A stretch of 64,000 nt of DNA from Amoebophrya sp. A120 (Eukaryota; Protista; Dinoflagellata), in contig CAJINV010000009.1 in the NCBI GenBank assembly GCA_905178155.1, positions 789,349 through 853,348 of the forward strand, written 5' to 3'. A program made the position numbers and the translations under genes. The notes beneath the pieces were generated by a model, which did no database searches, was not told where the DNA came from, and saw nothing but the letters and a program-made list of their open reading frames with translations. Below are positions 57,501-64,000 of this stretch, one piece after another; the first letter of the stretch is position 1, and each line of letters starts with the position of its first letter.

Positions 57501-60465
57501 CAGAAAAACGACGGGCATCAGAGAGAAAATGGAGCTGGATCTTCTGCAAGCTCGGGCTTGCCAGGTTCCTCTACCGATTCACATTTTCCCTATCCGCATC
57601 ACCAGCAGACGGGGAAAAATGCTACTACTTCGAGTTCTTGGAGCTCCTCGTCGCAGGCATCAAAAATGATCCCGGAAAGGATGCGGCAGAATCAGACGGC
57701 ACTGAGCAATCTGCAACAGCAAATTCAGAAGCTCGAAGACGAGATAAAGAGTGCGATAGGGTATTCCTCTTCCCCTCAGCGTCAAGAAGAGGAGGCAACA
57801 GCTCGACGAAACGTGGTTGAATCAGCCAAACCGGTTGGCCACGTTCGGACCCGAAAGGCAGAAATAAGGGAGCGCCAAGCTGAAGAGACGTGGCCAACAG
57901 ATGTCACGGCACTCGAACAAGACGCCGCAGGCCACCAGAGCGTAAAGAAGCAAAAAGAAAGATTGCGACGCGGGAAAAAGAATGACCAGAATGTGAATGA
58001 AGGGCCAGGACAGGAAAAAGTACATGAAGATCTGGAGGTGTTGCACTTGGATAATTTGCAAAAAGAAAACGGCGACGAAAAAGTCAATGTCGCTACTCCA
58101 ATGCTGGAGTTGGCATCTCCAAATGCGAAAAGCAAAGGTAACATCAAGGGAACGAACAAGAAAGCTGGGCCGACATGGGTCCCAAAGAAAGTTCCAACTG
58201 CTCTTCCAGAAGGCAGTGACAGTAGCGCTTCTGTAGTTCCTGCTCCGATCGAAACTGCAACACCGGGCGACACCCATGTAGCTGCATTCGTTCAATCACC
58301 AGCATCAGTTCCGCCAAGTACTGCCTCGTCGCGGGCACGGAAACTTGGCAAAGACGCTTGGTTCAATCTTTCCAACGAAGCGGAAGACGAGGACGACATT
58401 GACACCCAAATTTTCAAGACGAACCCGCAGATTATGCCTTGGACGGAAAAAGAGACACCTTCCCCGAATCTTTCAAACGAGGCAGAATTGGAAGGCTTAT
58501 ATGACCCCCAAAGTGCTGAGACGGACCTGCTGGAGAGAAGAGCGGAAATGCAAAACGCCGAGACCGAACGATTGGAACAGCAAATGCGAGAGCAGCAGCA
58601 GCAGTCCCTGCTGCGCCGGAAACAAGAAAAAGCAGCCCCGCCTGTAGAAGGTGGTGGAGGCACGGCTCCACCTCCTGTGCAAGATCTCTATGGACAACAG
58701 ACGCAGGGAATGTTGGCGATGCAGCAGATGAGGCATTCTCAAGACCTTTCGTCCTATTCGTCCATGCACTTTCATCATCTTGTACCATACCAACAGGAAC
58801 AGCTGCACGACCAGTACGGCATGCAGTTGCAGATGCAGGGCGGTGCCGCGGCGCAACTTGTGCAGCAAGCGCCTCCTGGTGTGCATCTTCCGTACCAGTG
58901 CAACTTTCTTCAGATTGACCAGTACAACCACCGAGGTCAACTCACACCGGAAGCAGACCGGATATTGTTCGCCACTGCGGGATACCTAGCGAATCCCGCG
59001 GAAGGGGCGACCACCATCTTTATACCGGCGCTGCCTGCGCACTTCAATCAGGAGGTACCTATAAGCATTTTTGGAAATTTGAACGTTCGTTGCAAGCCGA
59101 ACTAATAAAAGTAAAAGAGATGCATCGACTTCGGGGTTGCTCTATTCAACATTGACTCAATGCCATTTTTTCCATCGAATCAACATAGCGACTCCGATCG
59201 GCTTCGATGTTGATTTCGATTAGATTCACAAGCACAATGCAGTTGGGCATGATTTTCTTCTTTTATTCTTTTTCCTCTTTCTCACTTCTACAGAATCTCG
59301 CTGATTTCCTTCGTACGGTGATTCCAGAAGCGCGGTTCAACATGATTTACATGCCGTTTCGCATGAAGGACTTTGAGTACATGTGTACCCAGCCGCCGTG
59401 GTCCGATGAGGGAGATGACTGGGCACCGTACTACACCGAACAAGCGAGACGGCGCAAGGGCGATCCGAGAAACGGTTGGAGCTGGACCAGATGCGCGTCG
59501 CACCCTTCCGAGGAGGACCTGTTTCCCTGGTACGCCGACGATTTCAAAGTACGGCGCGCGCGCCGGTGGCACAGCGGGTATGCGTTTGTGAACTTTGTCT
59601 CCCACAGCGATTTTCTGCGGGCGATGAACCATCTGAGCCAAAATTGGAGCAGCTTGGGGGTCTATCAAGACAACTACGTCGACAAGAAAGCCGAGAGAGA
59701 GAAACTCGAAGCTACCGCTATGGGCAGACCGGTGCTTGTCGACCCACGTCGTAAGCCGCGCCAAGCGGCCGATCAGGTAAGAATCTTAGTTTACAACTTA
59801 CTAGTCGTGTGGAAGCGTGGGCCCTTCTTCTCGTGGGCTTCTAGGAATTTTGATTTGGTTGTGATGCAGTACAGGTTTCAGCCAAACGCTTGGCACACAA
59901 ACTCAAAGTGCCTTATTTTTGAACAGGGGTAACTAAAAGAGCATCCGTGTAGTTCTTGTGATCAAAGTATTTCTGTCATGCTCATGCCATCCCATCACAA
60001 TAATCTGTCTCACATCAGGGCATCTCCATGTACCTTTTGAAAGACAAAAACGCGCTCCGATCACCGATGATGCGGATGACAAAGTCCGTTGCGCCGAAGT
60101 TTTTCCGGTTTTGGGGCCAGCCTCAGTTCTACGACTCGCCTGCCGTGGACGCGCAGGCAGTGCCACGCGAACAGATAAAGGCCTATTGGGACAAGCTATG
60201 CGCCTTTCACAGAGCATCGTCGAAAGCCCCGCTGTCGCTGCCGGCGGCGCTCGGGGCAGATGGAGGACCCACCATTACATATGCACCGACTCTTGCAGCG
60301 TCGTCTTCAACTTCCGCTCCTGCCGCAGGGCAACAAAGTGGAGGACGTGGAAGAAACCACCGGGCTTCGCGCTCCGGTCGAGGCCGCGACTATCATCACA
60401 GGTCGCAGTTAGTAGAAGAAAATGGTCTAGCGGAAGATTACTATCTTCAGCAAAAATTCCAGTAG
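54543..60465 (+). CDS. Mei2-like RRM (RRM_2-type) RNA-binding protein with a long low-complexity/Gln-rich N-terminus; exons 54543-59054, 59294-59776, 60019-60465
   Basis: ATTIFIPALPAHFNQE|NLADFL..FNMIYMPF..SGYAFVNF..ADQ|G matches the Mei2 C-terminal RRM pattern (TT..I..IP..Y.Q; F.YLP; N.GYAFVNF; A..QG); upstream VHKNTFLE motif; GT-AG introns 59055-59293 and 59777-60018 are frame-consistent. Confidence 0.82.
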
Positions 60466-62420
60466 GTAGAAGATGAGCGAAGGACCTCGACGCCACGCAA
60501 AAATTTTGACTAGTAGAACGCAGCAACCGTTTTGTTTTCGGGAGCGATTCCTAGTCAAATTTTTACGTCTCTGCTGGAAAATAGACCGGAATACACGCTG
60601 ATTAATGGATGTTCGCCTTTTCCGATAGGATAAAACAACAGAAGCGCCATCATTCACAATTTAACATGAAAAACGAAAATGTCGGGCACATGCTAAGAAT
60701 AAAATAGAGAATATGAAACAAAATCACACATGAGAAATAGACAACAAGAACAGGCAGCGAATATTTATTTTGAGAATACAAAGAGAAAAACTCAAATTCT
60801 TTTCACCATGCATGAAAAGTTGATGTAAATTAGATGAAATATTAGGTTGAAAGATAAAAATGCAATAGTTTGGAAGGATTGCATCATAATGGCCGGCAAG
60901 CATTGATTCTATGCTGACATACACGATAAACCGTACTGCGAATAGGACTGACAGATGTTGACAACAGAAAGAACATGACGATTACAGAAGATCGCATGAG
61001 ATTGCAAAACGAAACAAACCTTACACATATCGGTATTTTGGAAGAGAAAATGAACCAGAAGGAGAAGCAGCGCAAGCACTCATGATCATCCACATCCTGT
61101 TTACAACAAGACCTTTGGCTTTGAAATTGAAGCAATACAATTTTTCGAATCGAAGATAAACGAATCACATGAGATTGAGGCATGCCACATATGAGTGTAT
61201 CCACCAACATCAACATGTTATGGTTCTCGTGTAGTGGGGGTCAGATCAATTTTATTACATACAATCCCGTAAATCTTTTCCGATATATACAGGACATGAA
61301 AAGTAAAAAGATATTTTGGTTTCGGATCGATGCAATGGAAAAATGATTCAATCATGAAGTTTTATTTTTCTTTCTTTCTTTCTGATGTTTCAAGTTTGTC
61401 GAATCGGTGTGGGATTCTCTTTCTCAAATCTTCAAAAAAAAATTATTTTAGTTTTGGGATTTTTGTGTTTTGGTTTTCTTCATAATCAAGGATGATAGAT
61501 GAATGTTTGATTTTATTGGATTTCTTTCCACAAAAAATATCAATATCGATATTTATCAATTTGGAAAAATTTTGCAGAAATTTAATGTGTTTTCTTATTG
61601 GAAAGATAAAAATATTATGCCAAAATCTTTATGCCATGAATTCATTGAATAAAATTTTAAAATTATTAGAGTTTTTTTTTTTCATGATGAAATATCATTT
61701 GAATTATCTTCACAACAATATTTGAGTTTTATCCTTACAGTCCTTATCTTATTTTTGAGAGAGAACGAATTGATGATGAAAAGACAGAGGACAATCTCGG
61801 AACGGGCCTTCGACATATTTGAGTCATGCCCAGATATGGCCAGAAAGAAAGAAATGAAATATCATGAGAGATCATTTGAAAGATAATTGGAAAAAAAAAT
61901 CAATAGATCATATGAAAACCCATGATCCAAAAAAAAAAACAAATTTCAAAGTTTTTTTTGGAATTCACATATCATTAATCCAAAATTATTCAGAAATAAA
62001 ATCAATGGGAGATATGAAATCTCATATCATGACAGAGAGATCAAGAATGAATCACAGATATCATAATTTGTAGCGAGATCAAGAATCAAAGATATCATAG
62101 TTTTTTCTTCATGAATTTACAATTTTCCAATATATTTATGATGATGAAGATGAATATGGGATGATCGATTGGATAGAGAAAAGATTTGAATTTGATACAC
62201 AAAGATCCATAGAATGGATTCGAATTCATGAATGACATTCAAGGACACCCACATGATTAGAATAATTCACATATTAATATTGAAAATAGAGGTGATGGAT
62301 GAATTCGAATTGGATTTAATTATTATGGAATCGATGACTTCCGAATTCATGTGTCTGTCTTTGCAGGAATAGAATCTTTCTCCAATAACCACACATATCT
62401 CCTGATATCAAGAGGGGGAA

Positions 62421-62500
62421 TAGTTGGAGTAGATGTTTGGAGTAGGTTATATTTGGAGTAGATAGTTGGAGTAGATGTTACGGTTATATTTGGAGTAGAA
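62421..62500. repeat. TTGGAGTAG minisatellite
   Basis: Five copies of TTGGAGTAG with short variable spacers. Confidence 0.8.
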
Positions 62501-63034
62501 CAAGAGCAAGATGTTTTTTTATTTCCAATTTTAGTTTTCAGAAATAGAAGAATATGAAGTTTTTTACTTTGAGCTGGTTCTGACAGGAAAGATCACTACA
62601 GAGGAAAAAAGAGATTGCAACGGAACTTTTAGGGCCTTGAACATTTGACGCCATGCCCGGGCATGGAAAGAAAGAAAGAAAGAAAGAAAGAGGGGGAATA
62701 TCATTTTGTTTTGGGATCGCTAATCAGAATCACAAATCAAATTAGATATCTACGTTGATGTCGCTGTACTCGGGTCCGACAAAGCCAAGATGCACAAGTA
62801 TGACAACCATGGCCTTCTAGATCTGTTTGTATTATCTCGATAGCATTTTCGGCTCTGCCATCGAATTCATCAACAAGTTGGTCTTTTGTCCAAGCGCAAA
62901 TGCACTCGCAGAGCAGGTCGCATACGTCAAGGTCATTACGTTTTGAACCATTTGATGATTGCCCGTTTGATGATTACATTTTGAAATAGAAATAACAATA
63001 TCGTCAAATCCTACAAGAGCGCGGTAACAATTAA

Positions 63035-64000
63035 ATCAACTAACTCGGGACTGTAAGTGGGAAAGCTTTTCTACAAGGCTGCAGCTTATGTCGCGTAGTG
63101 GGAGGGTGAACGAGTGGACAGGGGGGAAAGAAAAACGCCAGAGGGTGGGCAAGGGAGAAAATTTTTGATGCAGGACGGGGCCAGGCATCTGCGCCGCTTC
63201 TTGCTGAACGAACGAAGGCGGAGCGCCATGGGGCGCCCGTGGTTCCCGTCGTTGCGCGAGCGCGAGGACCCCGCCCGCACTGGGCGCGCGTTTGCGTGGC
63301 GGCAAGCCTTAGGCCCAAGCAACAACGCAAAGCGCGGCAGCGGGCGGGCGCCAGTGGACGGGGGAAGGAGGCAAGGGAACTAATAGTCCGCGCCATGCGA
63401 GGCGCTGGCACGTGACGCCCCGCCCGCGCGTTTGCGGTGTGGCCCGCCCGTGCCGCCTGCCCCCTGTGTGCCCCGCCCCTGCGCGCCTTGGTGCCCCCCC
63501 CGCCCTTCTCCCGCGCGCAGCCTTGCAGAGAAGGGGCTCGCTGATGCCCCTGCCGCGCGCGTGGATGGAGGACGGGCGCCGGGGCGGGGCAGCCATTGCC
63601 CCCCAGGCGCAGGGGCCCACCACCCTCCCCCAGCACCCCCGGACAACAACGGCACCCCCCGCGTTAGCTCGCGCGAAATCTGCCCCGCCCCCGTCTGCCT
63701 CCCTCGCGCGCACCCTCCAAGACAGAGACGGCGGACGGTGGCGCCCTCTGCCGGCCTCCTCGTGAGCAGAGGCAGGCAGGGGGGGCGCCGGGGGAGGGTG
63801 GTGGGCAGCTGCTCGCCTGCAAGCCTGGTGCTTGCTGGGGCGCGGTTTCCCCTTCGCGAACAGAGGGAGGGCGCCGGGGGAGGGCGGTGGGCAGCTGCTC
63901 GCCTGGTGCTAGGCCGCCGGCGCCGTTTCCAGCGAACCCATGCCCCCCGCCTTCTGTGCGCCCTCCGCCCGCCCGTGCTTCCCGCTTTCCCCGTGCTTCC
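63035..64000. repeat. Very GC-rich non-coding segment, probably a repetitive element running off the window
   Basis: Abrupt composition shift; internal ~37-bp duplication GGGCGCCGGGGGAGGGYGGTGGGCAGCTGCTCGCCTG at ~63783 and ~63870; only spurious Arg/Pro/Gly ORFs. Confidence 0.45.

Noticed and set aside
59175-59220. Hairpin ATCGAATCAACAT...ATGTTGATTTCGAT inside a GT-AG intron
   Set aside because: Internal rather than terminal, no TAT/ATA ends or direct repeat; not an introner by the criteria used.
4002-59764. Numerous minus-strand ORFs overlapping the long + strand genes
   Set aside because: Antisense shadows of low-complexity coding sequence.

Overview
Eukaryotic genomic DNA with no prokaryotic operon structure. 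About 12 long, low-complexity, fast-evolving protein genes all lie on the + strand, followed by repeat-rich non-coding DNA (about 48.5-54.3 kb and 60.5-64 kb). The style (unidirectional genes, Ser/Ala/Gln-rich insertions, Mei2-like RRM protein with a KNTF motif, hairpin-type non-canonical introns) points to a dinoflagellate-lineage alveolate, most likely the syndinian parasite Amoebophrya; this is an inference. Main result: 11 short insertions (109-308 bp) interrupt coding sequence. Each starts TAT and ends ATA or a one-base variant, has terminal inverted repeats of roughly 18-57 bp, and is flanked by a 5-bp direct repeat. Removing the element plus one repeat copy restores the reading frame in all 11 cases, and in the SNF2/RING helicase gene it rebuilds a complete RING finger and helicase motifs V and VI. 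Only one of them can be read as GT-AG within the repeat. Two families occur in both orientations in same-strand genes, and the otherwise dissimilar families share an internal TTTGT(C/G)ATGCA motif. This suggests transposon-derived introns (introners) removed by an orientation-independent, structure-guided mechanism. Non-canonical introner elements are already reported for Amoebophrya in general terms; I cannot tell whether these particular details are published. All gene models and product calls were made by hand, without database searches or RNA data.
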